64,000 nt of DNA from Mustelus asterias (Eukaryota). Under the pieces are notes generated by a model that worked only from the letters and a program-made list of their open reading frames with translations, was not told the origin of the DNA and did no database searches. Shown piece after piece: positions 25,050 through 38,459 of the stretch. The position numbers were made by a program, and so were the translations under genes. Numbering within the stretch: the stretch's first letter is position 1; each line of letters opens with the position of its first letter. Location: positions 50,468,001 to 50,532,000 of the forward strand of contig NC_135808.1 of assembly GCF_964213995.1 (NCBI RefSeq), given 5' to 3'.

Positions 25050-27600
25050 AGCATCTGTACCACTTTGGATAGCAACAATCTCTGATAACAGCAAATACAC
25101 AGACTAACTATTAAACTGTAACAGTTTCACCAGCTGCTGTCACCCTCCCTACTTCCCTCCATTTATTCTGCATTCTCACCATCTCCCCTCGATTTCTCAC
25201 TGAATCCTCCAGTTTCCTAGTCTTTCCTGTGGCCAGGTTCACCTGCCCCCTTCCCCTTGGGATTGTTCGATTGCTTTGTTCCATCAACTTTCTGGTTGTG
25301 GTCAGGGTTCTCTCCACCGCTCCCCGAGACATTCGGTCTGGGGCAGCGTCGATGTTTAACCTCCTGTCCCACCTTGGACTGAATACATAACCAGTGAGGG
25401 TCCGACCCACACGATGAGAGTTTGTCACCGTAAAGGAGTCAGGGATCTGTAGCAGAAAGTGTGATTAATGTCAGTCTCTAATCCTGCGGATAGGAATCTC
25501 ATCCTGTCCATGGAAACCTTTCACTGAAAGGTTAAATCTCTGTTAACTGATCCTTGTACTGAATAAACTGTCAATTCTCTGTCACTGCTAATTTGTGTTG
25601 GATTGTTTTTAATCTTTCAATCAATTGTATTTTGTCATTTCTGTTGCTGTGGCGATAGCCTCTTGGTCAGGTTGTTGTTGTAAATGAGAATTGGTTCTCA
25701 ACTGACTCACCTGGTTAAATAAAGATTCAGTAAAATAAATGTCTAAGATAAAAGCAAAATCCTGCGCATGCTGAAATCTGACACAAATCCCGGGCGTTCC
25801 GGTTCCCGCTGAACCATTACCTTATCCCTCACTCTGGCATCTCCTGGGTAGTCGCTCCCCCTCAAGACTCTAGACTTGAAACGTTGGCTCTACTCTCTCT
25901 CCACAGATGCTGTCAGACCTGCTGAGATTTTCCAGCATTTTCTGTGTTTGTGTGTGAAATAAATGACTCGGGAGGCACAATGGCTCAGTGGTTAGCACTG
26001 CTGCCTCACAGCGCCAGGGACCTGGGTTCAATTCCGGCCTGGTGTGACTGTGTGGAGTTTGCACATTCTCCCGGTGTCTGTGTGGGTTTCCTCCGGGTGC
26101 TCCAGTTTCCTCCAACACTCCAAAGGTTAGATTGATTGGCCAAGCTAAATTGACCATGAGTGTCCCAAGATGTGTAGGTTAGAGGGATTAGCAGGGTGAA
26201 TAAATGGGGTTGCGGGGATAGGGGCTGGAGAGGATTGTTGTCGGTGCAGATTAGCTGGGTCGATTGGCCTCCTTCTGCACTGTAGGGGTTCTATGAGGTA
26301 GAAAGCAATCTCCTGTGAGAATGCAGCAGTGTGTAGGGGAGGTTTGGACTGTCTTGAAAGCCCCTTCAAGAGGTTTCTATCCCTCTGCCCCTGATATGTT
26401 CCGTCATTATCTTCCTGTGATAAACTGATCAGAAATGTGATTGTGTTTCTCCCAGCTCCTGTCACGGGCTGTGTAACTACTAATTCCTGTCAGTTTTCCT
26501 GTACATTGATAATATGGAATTTCTCCACAGTCTGATGTGTGTGTGGAGGCACCGTACTAAATCTTATATCTTCAATATCTGTCCTAACATTATCTATCAA
26601 TTCCTGAGACAACATGTCCCATCCCCTCCCTTCAGACTGTGAGTCAGTCATATTAATGAGTTGGAACCCCTCTGGTCTACTGTCCCCCTGAAGTTGTATG
26701 TCTGTCATTGGATTCACTTCCTGCTCTGTCACTCACACTCCTCCTGACTCTTTTCTTACCCAGGGGGCACAAGTTTGGTCACTTTTCTGTAGCCCCATCA
26801 GCCAATAAGGTCAGAACGAGGCTGGTCAAATTGTCGCTCACCTCCAGGCTCCCGATTGGAACATCCTGGTCCTTGCCATCATTGGAGGGTAAATCCCGGG
26901 CATTCCGGTGCTCCCTTAACCATGACCTTATCCCTCACTCTGGCATGTCCTGGGGGAGTCGCTCCCCCTCATTTCATTCTGCTCCTCCTGCTGCTGTGTG
27001 AGCTCAGACCTCAATTCCTGAAGCTGTCTACACAACTCTACAATGTAGCTTCTTCTCCTCTCTTTCAATGGCCCAGTATCTTCACTTCCAGTGAGGCTCC
27101 CAGCTCTGCCTGTCATCATGGTGTTAATCCTGTGTTCCTACTTTGTGTAGCTGATTAATACGCTCACTAATACACCCACCCATCCTTTGTCCAGCTCTCC
27201 CTTTACCTGAACCCAACTTGTGGTCAGTTGTTGGGAAAAATTATTTTTCCAGATCCTTCAATTGTCTCAAACACAGATTCCTTCTCATTTCTTGTTTTTT
27301 ATTCCTTCTGGCCACGATTCTCTTCAAGTCAGTTTCTCTATTGCCTCGATCGTTTAAAAAACTGTTTTCTTACTCTTTCGGCCGTATTAACCATTTCATG
27401 TCAAAGGAGGTGTGGGAGGTGGGGAGGTCTCTCACTCTGGATCTTTGCTTATCTCCCCCTGTCTGGTTCCAATGTCACAGCTGATGGCCAGATTATTAAA
27501 TTCAGGTCTCTTCAGTCGTTTGTATGTTGTGTCCTTTTTCCCGCACTCCATCTCTGACCCTGAATCATTTGCTCAGAACCTTTTACACAGACAATAGTTA
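25050..27600 (-). mobile_element. Highly degraded, internally deleted LTR-retroelement or ERV remnant
   Basis: Integrase C-terminal remnants TGLTP..MTGR and RVRDKVMVK...PGF...WQGP; upstream segment resembles the Gag N-terminus at 63660. Confidence 0.45.
25970..26295 (+). mobile_element. HE1-like SINE
   Basis: SINE head and V-domain. Confidence 0.82.
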
Positions 27601-28034
27601 ACAACTTATCTGGTTCAGTTTGTCTGGAGGGACTTTCCAGTCCAATAAAGTGTTTTCATGTAAGGAGCGGTGAGAGTTCCTTTCAGAGTCTCACTGAGGT
27701 TCAGAACCGGACTCTGGACGGAACAGGAATGAGCGACTGGAACAAGTTTTGTGTTAAAACAACCATTTTATTGAATAATGATAAAAAGAATATATAAGAA
27801 AGATAATGTGTATGAAAAGGAAGAAAGATAACTTTATTGAAAGGAGAAAGCACTCTGTATATATCTGAAGAATAGAAGACAGTCGGATGTTTGTTTAAAC
27901 ACAAACGATAACCCCAATTTGCTCTGTTCCATGACAGCTCCCCCAGAATTGGTACACGTTACCCTCCCCTGGGTACACACATGCCCAAGTTGCTGAGTAA
28001 CCTCAATGGGTGAACACTACAGTCAGTCACTTAA

Positions 28035-28340
28035 GGGGCGATACGGTGGCACAGTGATTAGCACTGATGCCTCACAGGGCCAGGGAACCGGGTTCGATTC
28101 TCATCTTGGGTCACAGTCTGTGCTGAGTCTGCATGTTCTCCCCGTGTCTGTGTGGGTTTCCTCTGGGTGCTCCGGTTTCCTCCCACTGTCTGCAAGACGT
28201 GCTGGTTAGGAGTATTGGCCATGCTAAATTCTCCCTCAGTATACCCAAACAGGCGTCAGCGTGTGGCGACGAGGTGATTTTCACAGTAACTTCATTGCAG
28301 CGTTAATGTAAGACTAATTGTTGCATTAATAAATAAACTT
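28035..28340 (+). mobile_element. HE1-like SINE
   Basis: SINE head, V-domain and aataaataaac tail. Confidence 0.8.
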
Positions 28341-28706
28341 TTGTTTAAACGTTTCTGTTTCCAACCCTTCCTCCTGTTGTCCCTGGGTGACTATTCCACC
28401 TTGGCTGCAGCACTCAGTCTCTGAAACAATGTCTCTTTAACCTGGATTTCTGGCTCCATTCCAGCCTTGTCAAAACTGTGACACTGTCTGTCCCAAAACA
28501 AATCTCAGTTCTTCCCACAGGGACCTCAATGTGAAGCAGACTTTGTAATATTCAGCTTGTTGACGGAGCTCTTGATGATGTCTTCACATCTGTCATCAAT
28601 CAGCTGTTATGTCCATCAATTAAACTTCATCTTCTGATGCTTCAGGTGAGCACACCAGATAAGATTCCTCAGCGACTTGGTCTGTAGACCAAGGCTCACA
28701 GAATGC

Positions 28707-28911
28707 GGTAGGCACGGTAAGTAGTCTCACAACACCAGGTTAAAGTCCAACAGGTTTATTTGATAGCACGAGCTTTCGGAGCGCCGCTCTTTCATCAGGT
28801 GATGAAGGAACAGCGCTCCGAAAGCTCGTGCTACCAAATAAACCTGGTGGATTTTAACCTGGTGTTGTGAGACTACTTACTGTGCCTACCCCAGTCCCAC
28901 GCTGGCAACAC
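28707..28911. mobile_element. Palindromic Penelope-like element with minimal hammerhead ribozyme motifs
   Basis: ~184-bp hairpin (28707-28890); CTGATGA..GAAA core; flanking duplication cacagaatgc. Confidence 0.75.
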
Positions 28912-29279
28912 CACAGAATGCAGTAGAACAGTACCTGTAATAAACAAGAAACAACTTATTTTAATATTCTAACTTGAGAAAGTGGAGAAACAAAAGATTG
29001 AGTCTGAACAGCAGTTGTGTGGCCAGTCCAGAGAGAAAACACGATCTGGAAAAACAGCTCACCCCTGATTCTTCTTCTGAATGAATCCGAGCACAATCAC
29101 AGCTGGGTTAAGATCCATGTGGATCAAATGAGAAAATACAAAATGAGTTCAAATATTAAAAATCAGAGCAGGGCAGAAATAAAATGTAAAATACAAAACT
29201 GTAAAAGTTAGTGGCAGCAGCAGGCATCAGGCCTACACTCAGAATATTTTAAAAATAGAAATCAGGCCGATTTGACTTT

Positions 29280-30250
29280 TTTTCATTCATTCATGGGACA
29301 TGGCATTGCTGGCTGGCCAGCAGTTATTGCCCATCCCTAGTTGCCCTTGAGAAGGTGGTGCTGAGCTGCCTTCTTGAATCACTGCAGCCCACGGGCTGTG
29401 GGTTGACCCACAATGCCACTAGGGAGGGAATTCCGGGATTTTAACCCAGCAACTGTGAAGGAACGGTGATATATTTCCAAGTCAGGACAGTGAGTGGTTT
29501 GGAGATGAACTTGCAGGTGGTGGTATTCCCATGTATCTGCTGCCCTTGTCCTTCTAGATGGAAGTGGTCGTGGATTTGGAAGGTGCTGTCTCAGGATTTT
29601 TGGTGTATTGCTGCAGTGCATCTTGTAGATAGTACACACTGCTGCTACCGAGTGTCGGTGCTGGAGGGATTGAATGTTTGTAGATGTGGTGCCAATCAAG
29701 TGGGCTGCTTTGTCCGGGATTGTCAACCTTCTTGATTGTTGTTGGAGCTGCACCCATCCAGGCAAGTGGGGAGTGTTCCATCACACTCCTGACTTGTAGA
29801 TGGTGAATAGGCTTTGGGGAGTCAGGAGATGAGTTACTCACCGCAGTATTCCTTGCCTCTGACCTGCTCTTGTAGCCACTGTGTTTATGTGGTGAGTCCA
29901 ATTGAGTTTCTGGTCAATGGTGACCCCAAGGATGTTGACAGTGGGGGATTCAGTGATGGTAACACCATTGAATGTCAAAGGGCATTAGAGTGTCTCTTAT
30001 TGGTGATGGTCATTGCCTGGCATTTGTGTGGCGTGAATGTTACTTGCCACTTGTCAGCCCAAGCCTGGATATTGTCCAGGTCTTACTGCATTTGAACATG
30101 GACTGCTTCAGTATCTGAGGAGTCGCGAATGATGCTGAACATTGTGCAGTCATCAGCAAACATCCCCACTTCTGACCTTATGATGGAGGGAAGTTCATTG
30201 ATGAAGCAGCTGAAGATTGTTGGGCCGAGGACACGACTCTGAGGAAGTCC
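29280..30250 (-). mobile_element. 3' part of the second LINE family
   Basis: VLGPTIFSCFINELPSIIRSEVGMFADDC. Confidence 0.85.
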
Positions 30251-31494
30251 AGACATTAACATGTTTTGTGTCTTTATCACCTTCCCCTCTGTTAAGAATT
30301 GGGGAAAATGAAAATAAACAAATGACATTGGGATAAAAGAAAATAAATCAGGGAGATGTCTGAAGAGATGTTGAGATGTGAATTGGCATCTCAGTGAGAA
30401 AAGCAAGTGTTTACTGAGGTACCTGAGGAAAGCAATGGGGTTTAGAAAAGATAACTTCAAAGTGGAAGGATAAGGAAATCGACACGGAAATGCCCAAAGC
30501 CGATTCCACAGGGTGGGTAACATCAAAGGGAAAGAATGATATATCCATAGCACAGTGACTGGGGAAAAGGGGAGACAGACACAGACACAGCTAACATCAG
30601 CACACACTCAGCTGCAGAAACAGTCTCCTGAAAAGAAGCAGCAGGTTTCACCTTCACGAAACTGAAGACAATTTTCCCGAACGCTGACACATAACCTGTG
30701 TGTGGTAATTATTCACTGGATTTAGCTCACAGAGTTACATAATATTGGATGTTGTTTTGGAACAAAGGGACATCTCAGTGTTCAGGAAATGTAGGTGATT
30801 GAGAACAAAGGGGTAGCTTCATGTAATAGTGTGTGTGTCTAGCCCTCAGTGTAGTTAAATATATTGTCGTGTATTATAGAGCTTGTGTGTTTTTTTTCTT
30901 TTACCTGGATGAATATTCTGTATTAATTGTTCACACAAAGACTGGACTATTTCTCCCTGGTTCACACACTTTTCCTCACAGGATACCAGAGTGAAAATCG
31001 ACACCACTAAGAACCAATGTTCCATGTTCCCATTCTGAGCTTTGAGATCCTCTCACATTTAACATCAGCGCGGTTCTTAACACCTCAAACAACATTCTCT
31101 TCTCTGGAAAGTAACTCTGGAGATTGTTGCTGGTGATGTTTACATTTTAAAATGATTCCAGATCTGAATAGTTTTGTTGTTGAGCTGCCTGCTTTAACTC
31201 TGATACAAGTTACATTTCTGACAAACTTCAAGCTTTCGGGTTTATATTTTGGGAAGAGACAAACACATTTTAAACTCTTCCTTCAGCACAGAAGCTTTCA
31301 GCATCTGGATTTGTGTCAATTGTTGTCAAACCTTTTAAAATAAACATTTCCTGTTGAGAACTCGATCAGGACCCAAAGCTCAAATCTTTAAACTTTGTAA
31401 GAATTATAATTTCCACTTTCAAAACTGAAACTCCCTTTTCTTGATGTGTGTGACTTTGTATCCAGATTGAAAATCCCACATGTTTATCAACACA

Positions 31495-31835
31495 TGTTGG
31501 TGGTGTTGTGGATAGTTTGGAGGGATGTCAGAAGCTGCAGCGTGACATAGATAGGATGCAAGACTGGGCGGAGAAGTGGCAGATGGACTTCAACCCGGAT
31601 AAATGTGTAGTGATCCATTTTGGCAGGTCAAATGGGATGAAGGAGTATAATATCAAGGGTAAGACTCTGAGCAGTGTAGAGGATCAGAAGGACCTTGGGG
31701 TCCGGGTCCATTGGACTCTTAAATCGGCCTCACAGGTAGAGGAGGTGGTTAAGAAGGCATATAGTGTGCTGACCTTCATCAATCGAGGGACTGAGTTTAG
31801 GAGTCCGGGGATAATGATGCAGCTATATAAGACCC
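31495..31835 (+). mobile_element. CR1 fragment
   Basis: LQRDIDRMQDWAEKWQMDFNPDKC. Confidence 0.85.
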
Positions 31836-32880
31836 TTGATCAGTGTGTCCATATCAGACCTCTTGTCCCCAAGCAAAAGATACCATTGGCCCTGAAGGGG
31901 TTAAATCATTTTCTTTCAACATAAAGTAAAGGTTCTAAACCAATGTGCAAACTCCACACAGACAGTGACCCAAACCGGGAATCAAACCCAGGTCCCACTG
32001 TGCCACCTGGTTCTAAACCATGACCATGCTGTGGGAATAAAAATCTTCAGATCAATTCTCAGAGTCTTAATGCTGTCGGCAATCTTGTTCCATTTGTGGT
32101 TCTCTGAAAATAAAGACACAAGGTCCATTCTGCTCAGGGGAATGGATTCAGCAATCTGAAAGTTTAAGCAGTTGTTGCAAAGAGTTCACTCTGTGTTCGT
32201 CTGCAAGAGGCTGCTGCAAAGCTGCTTCATTTTCAACACAGAGAAAAGCTGGTGTATCTTTAGAGAACAATCAAACTCTGCTTTCTGGACAGAAATCTCA
32301 ACTCAAACCTCATAACTTCAAACTTTGCTTTGTTTCATTATATTGTCCTTGAATCCAACTCATTATCCACATTGTGAAGCTTCAAATTGCTGAAACTTCA
32401 CACACAAATGAGAAATTAGGGAAGGAAACACATGAAAGCTCACACACACAAATTCTTCATTGTACACAAACACACACACATAGAAAGATATGTATATTTC
32501 CATTCTGATAACAATTATATGAACAACATTAAACTTTCCGACTCAAAACAAAGCTACAAGTAGTAGTGGAGGGGGTGGGAGGAATCTTGGAGACTTCCAC
32601 CGACAGGAACAATCTAAACAGCCGAAGCTCCCATTTCCTCAGTCCCTGCCTGTCACTGCTCAAGAACGCCCCGAGGGGAACCCTCTCGGTCTGTCACTCA
32701 CTTGCCCTCTCTCATGCTCTCGCTCCCTCTCTCTCTCTCTGTGTCTCTCACGATCTCTCTCTCTCTCTCTCCTGGATTAAAGCTTTAGCGATTTGCAGCA
32801 AATGAATTCATTTTCACCTTTTTAATTGTTTGAAACAATTCAGTGAGTGACATTTTGAGTCCCCAATCTACATTTTTCCC

Positions 32881-33655
32881 TCTCACTCACTACACTTGAC
32901 ACCAGGAAACGGTTAATACCATTTTACTGCACTGTGTCACTCACTACACCTGTCACTAGGAAACGGTCAATACTGTTTTACTGCACCGTGTCTCTCACTA
33001 CACCTGTCACTAGGAAACGGTCGATACTGTTTTACTGCACTGTGTCACTCACTACAGCTGTCACTAGGAAACTGTCAATACTGTTTTACTGCACTGTGTC
33101 ACTCACTACAGCTGTCACTAGGAAACTGTCAATACTGTTTTACTGCACTGTGTCACTCACTACAGCTGTCACTAGGAAACTGTCAATACTGTTTTACTGC
33201 ACTGTGTCTCTCACTACACCTGTCACTAGGAAACGGTCGATACTGTTTTACTGCACTGTGTCACTCACTACACCTGTCACTAGGAAACGGTCAATACTGT
33301 TTTACTGCACCGTGTCACTCACTACACCTGTCACTAGGAAACGGTCAATACTGTTTTACTGCACTGTGTCACTCACTACACCTGTCACTAGGAAACGGTC
33401 AATACTGTTTTACTGCACTGTGTCACTCACTACACCTGTCACTAGGAAACGGTCAATACTGTTTTACTGCACCGTGTCTCTCACTACACCTGTCACTAGG
33501 AAACGGTCAATACTGTTTTACTGCACTATGTCTCTCACTACACCTGTCACTAGGAAACGGTCAATACTGTTTTACTGCACTGTGTCACTCACTACACCTG
33601 TCACTAGGAAACGGTCAATACTGTTTTACTGCACTGTGTCTCTCACTACACCTGA
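32881..33655. repeat. 54-bp minisatellite (~14 copies)
   Basis: Unit ctgtgtcactcactacacctgtcactaggaaacggtcaatactgttttactgca. Explains the 243-aa repetitive ORF. Confidence 0.95.
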
Positions 33656-34439
33656 AATGGGGTGAATGAAATGATTTGACTGAGATTGAAGTTAAAACAT
33701 TCATTATTAGCTAGAGAATGGACAAATGTAGAGATGAAGGCATGATGGGAAATTGAGCCAATGTTATTGGAATGAACAAGGTCACTGAATCTTCAAATCC
33801 CAGCCCAGCCCTTCAGGGGTGAGATCAGGAAACACTTCGTCACTTGGAGACTGGTGGAAATCTGGAACTTTCTCCCTGAAAAAAAGCTGTTGAGGCTGCG
33901 GGGGAGCCAATTGAAAATGTTCAAACTGAGCTTCCTCCATCTGTCTCTACTATCCCCAAGTCTTTGCCTCTTCTCTCACTGTTTGTGAAAACTCTCCTGT
34001 GTAGTCAGCTCATTCCGATTCCCGGGGGAAGAGGCTGGTCTTTGTGATGTGGAGGATTTGGGGGAGGTCAGATCGGGGTCAAAGATGAGGCCAATGTTGT
34101 AGAGAGTCTGGTTGAGCAGCAGACAGTGCTCAGGGGGAGGGATGGAGTTTGTATCGGGAGCTGAAGACCAATGGCTTTGATCTTCCCAATGTGTTTCCCA
34201 GTGAGCCTGGCTCCTCAGTCCTGACTGCTCTGAGCTGCTGTTCTTTTCACTGATTGGACAGTTATTGTTAGAGATTCAGGCCACAGCACAAATCCCCAAT
34301 GTCAAAAATAACTGCAAAGACTGTCAGATCGGAAGATTGAAACGTAACCAACAGAGGAAGTGAAAGAAGGAGCTCAGAGCAGCTGGATGTTTGTTACTGA
34401 GACGGGAGAAAATGGTGAACCGTGTCCACTACCTCCAAT

Positions 34440-36950
34440 CTCCCAGCACAGAAGGCACAGTGGGATACAGTCAGGAGGGAGTTATCCTGGGAATCCTCAA
34501 CAACATTCCAGACTCCATGTAATCTCTCAGTAACATGTCAAACATGGACAAGGAAACTAAATACCGTAACCCCCTCAGCTGATGAATCAGTTCTCCTCCA
34601 TGTTGAACAGCACTTGGATGAAGCACTGAGGGTGGCTCGGGCACAGAATGTACTCTGGGTGGGGACTTCAATGTCCATCACCAAGAGTTACTCGGTAGCA
34701 CCACCACACACCGAGCTGGCCGGGTCCTAAAGGACATAGCTGCTAGACTGGGACTGCGGCAGGTGGTGAGGGAACCAACAAGAGGGAGAAACATACTCGA
34801 CCTCATCCTCACCAACCTGCCTGCCGCAGATGCATCTGTCCATGACAGTATCGGTAGGAGTGACCACCGCACAGTCCTTGTGGAGATAAAATCCCATCTT
34901 CACATTGAGGGTACCCTCCATCGTGTTGTGTGGCACTGCCACCGTGCTAAATGGGATCGATTTCAAACAGATCGAGCAACTCAAAACTGGGCATCCATGA
35001 GGCACTGTGGGCCATCAGCAGCAGCAGAATTGTACTCAACCACAATCTGTAACCTCATGGCCCGGCATATCCCCCACTCTACCATTACCACCCAGCCAGG
35101 GGATCAACCCTGGTTCAATGAAGAGTGCAGGAGGACATGGCAGGAGCAACAGCAGATGTACTGAAAAATGAGGTGTTAACCTGGTGAAGCTACAACACAG
35201 GACTGTGTCAAACAGCAGAAGCAGCAAGTGATAGACAGAGCTAAACCATCCCATAACCAATGGATCAGATCTAAACTCTGTAGTCCTGCCATATCCAGCC
35301 GTGAATGGTGGTGGACAATTCAACAACTCACTGGAGGAGGAGGCTCCACAAATATCCCCATCCTCAATGATGGCGGAACCCAGCACATTAGTGGAAAAGA
35401 TAAGGCTGATACTGCAATGACTCTGGGTCCCGATAATAATCCAGCAATAGTCCTGAAGACTTGTGCTCCAGAACTTCCCTTGTCCCCAGCCAAGCTGTTC
35501 CAGTACAGCTACAACACTGGCATCTATCCGGAAATGTGGAAAATTGTACAGGTATGATCTGTATACCAAAAAACAGGACAAATCTATTCTGGCCAATTCC
35601 CGCCCCATCAGTCTACTCTGCATCATCAGCAAAGAGATTGATAGAACTGTCGATGACACATTCTAACAGCTGTAATCAGCAATAACCTGCTCAGTGACAC
35701 TCAGTCTGGGCTCCACCAGGGTCACTCAGCTCCTGACCTCATTACAGCCTTGGTTCAAACATGGACAAAAGAGCTGAACCCCAGAGGTGAGGTGAGAGTG
35801 ACTGCCCTTGACATCAAGGCAGCATTTGACCGAGTGTGGCATCAAGGAGCCCTCGTAAAACTGGAACCCATGGAAATCAGGGGAAAACTCCACTGGTTGG
35901 AGTCACACCCAGCACAATGGTAGATGGTTGTGGTTCTAGGATTTCAATCTGAGATTGCCCCAGGACATCACTGCAGGAGCTCCTCAGGGTAGTGTCCTCG
36001 GCCCAACCATCTTCAGCTGCTTCATCAATGACCTTCCCTCCATCATAAGGTCAGAAGTGGGGATGTTCGCTGATGACTGCACAATGTTCAGCACCATTCA
36101 CAACTCCTCAGATCCTGAAGCAGTCTATGTCCAAATGCAGCAAGATCTGGACAATATCCAGGCTTGGGGTGACAAGTGGAAAGTAACAATCACACCTCGC
36201 AAGTGCCAGGCAAGGACCATCTCCAACAAGAGAGAATTTTAACATCTCCCCTTGACATTAACTGTCATTACCATCGCTGAATCCCCCACTATTAACATCC
36301 TGGTTGTTATGATTGACCAAAAGCTGAACAGGAAAAGCCATATAAATACTGTGGTTACAAGAGCAGGTCAGTGGTTAGGAATTCTGTGGAGAGCAACTCA
36401 CCTCATGGCTCCCCAAAGCCTGCCCACCATCTACAGAGCACAAGTCAGGAGTGTGATGGAATACTCTGGACTTCCCAGGATGAGTGCAGCTCCAACAACA
36501 CTCAAGAAGCTCAACATCATTCAGGACAAAGCAACCTCGCTTGATTGATTCCCCTTCCACTAACATTCAATTCCTCCAGCACTATTGAACAGTGGCAACC
36601 GTGTGTACCATCTACAAGATGCCCTGCATGAACTCACCAAGGTTCCTGAGGCAGCACCTTCCAAACCCACAACCACTACTAACTGGAAAGATGCAGATCC
36701 CTGGGAACACAACCACCCGGAGATTCCCCTCCAAGTCCCTCACCATCCTGACTTGGAAATATAGTGCCATTCCTTCACTGTCGCTGGGTCAAAATCCTGG
36801 AACTGCCTCCCTAACAGCACTGTGGTTGTGCCTACACCTCATGGACTGCAGCGGTTCAAGAAGGCAGCTCACCACCATCTCCTCAGGGTAATTAAGGATG
36901 GGCAATAAATGCTGGTGTAGCCAGTGACACCAACTTCCCGTGAATGAATA
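34440..36950 (+). mobile_element. Degenerate APE-RT LINE (CR1/L2-group, second family)
   Basis: VREPTRGRNILDLILTN...SDH; PQGSVLGPTIFSCFINDLP...MFADDC; tgaatgaataaa tail. Confidence 0.88.
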
Positions 36951-38088
36951 AATTATTAAAAAGTTCTACATTACACAATGTCCCATTCTGTGTGTTGAAC
37001 TCTGGAACCTGTCGGCAGGATATTTGACTGCAGGAGCCTTCACCAGTGTCCAATTCTCACCCCAACTGAAATCCACACAGAACCTGAATTTATATAGCAC
37101 CTTAGTGTACAACACAGCCCAAGATGTTTCACAGAGCTGCAGTAAGGAATAGGGGTGGGAGGGGGTGGGGGTGGAGGAATGTTAAGAGGAGAGATTGAAG
37201 ACTTGGGTGAAAGGATAGAGTTTGATGGGGAGAGAGACATGGAGAGGGGGAGGGATTAGGGGTGGGAGGTCAGAGAGCAGGGCCTGGGCGTCTGAAGGCT
37301 CTGCTGTCAATGGTGGGATGAAGGAAGCAGCGATGGGCAGGAGAACAGAGTTAGAAGATGGAAGGTGAGGGAGGGAATGTGAGTCTGCAGAGGTAGGGAG
37401 GAGTGAGGCCATGGAGGGAATTGGAGGGCAGTGAGGTCAGGGGTAACAGGAGAGATTAAGTTAGTTAGGATTATATTCACTGAAGTTTGAGGATAAAGGG
37501 TAAACCTTTTAGAACTGAGGTGAGGAGAAATTTCTTCACCCAGAGGGTGGAGAATGTGTGGAATTCACTTTGACAGAATGGGGTTGAGGCCAAAACTTTG
37601 TCTGATTTCAAGAAGAAATTAGATATAGCTCTTGGGACGAAAGGGATCAAGGGATATGAGAGGAAGGGGGCGGATCAGGATATTAAATTCGATGATCAGC
37701 CATGATCAAAATGAATGGTAAAGAAGGCTTGAAGGGCCGAATGGCCTACTCTTGCTTCAAGATTCTATATTCCTATGTCACTGAGGTCAAGGGTAACATG
37801 TCAGTGAGGTCAGGGGTGATGGGTCAGTGAGGTCAGAGGTAGTGTTGGAACGACACTTGGTGTGAGACAGGGTCCGGACTCACTGCGTTTGGGACAAGTT
37901 CGGGTTTATGGAGTGTGGATGAAGGGAGCCGGGAGAGGATATCGGAATAATAGAGTTAGGAGGAGTGAGAAGCAGGGATAAGAGTCTCTGCGCTCATGGG
38001 GCTGATGTAGTGTAGAGACGGACAATGTTGTAGAGATGGAAATAAGAGGCCTACATGATGGAGAGGATGTGAAGTTTGAAGCTCAGCT

Positions 38089-38459
38089 ACTGGAGGCTCC
38101 AGTGGGAAGGAGGCCCATGTCTACTGGTCCCTATTGGAGGCTCCAGTGGGGAGGAAGCCCATGTTTACTGGTCCCTATTGGAGGGTTCAGTGGGAAGGAG
38201 GCCCATGTTTACTGGTCCCTATTGGATGCTCCAGTGGGAAGGAGGCCCATGTTTACTGGTCCCTATTGGAGGGTTCAGTGGGGAGGAAGCCCATGTTTAC
38301 TGGTCCCTATTGGAGGGTTCAGTGGGGAGGAAGCCCATGTTTACTGGTCCCTATTGGAGGGTTCAGTGGGGAGGAAGCCCATGTTTACTGGTCCCTATTG
38401 GAGGGTTCAGTGGGGAGGAAGCCCACGTTTACTGGTCCCTATTGGAGGCTCCAGTAGGA
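38089..38459. repeat. 44-bp minisatellite (~8.5 copies), inverted copy in arm B
   Basis: Reverse complement of the 11244 array, with arm-specific gagggttcagtggggagg variants. Confidence 0.93.

Noticed and set aside
30551-30700. CACAGTG and splice-like signals suggesting another Ig segment in the spacer
   Set aside because: No nonamer at 12 or 23 nt and no V, J or leader-like translation
32934-33665. 243-aa repetitive ORF
   Set aside because: By-product of a stop-free 54-bp minisatellite; non-ATG start and no splice or domain support
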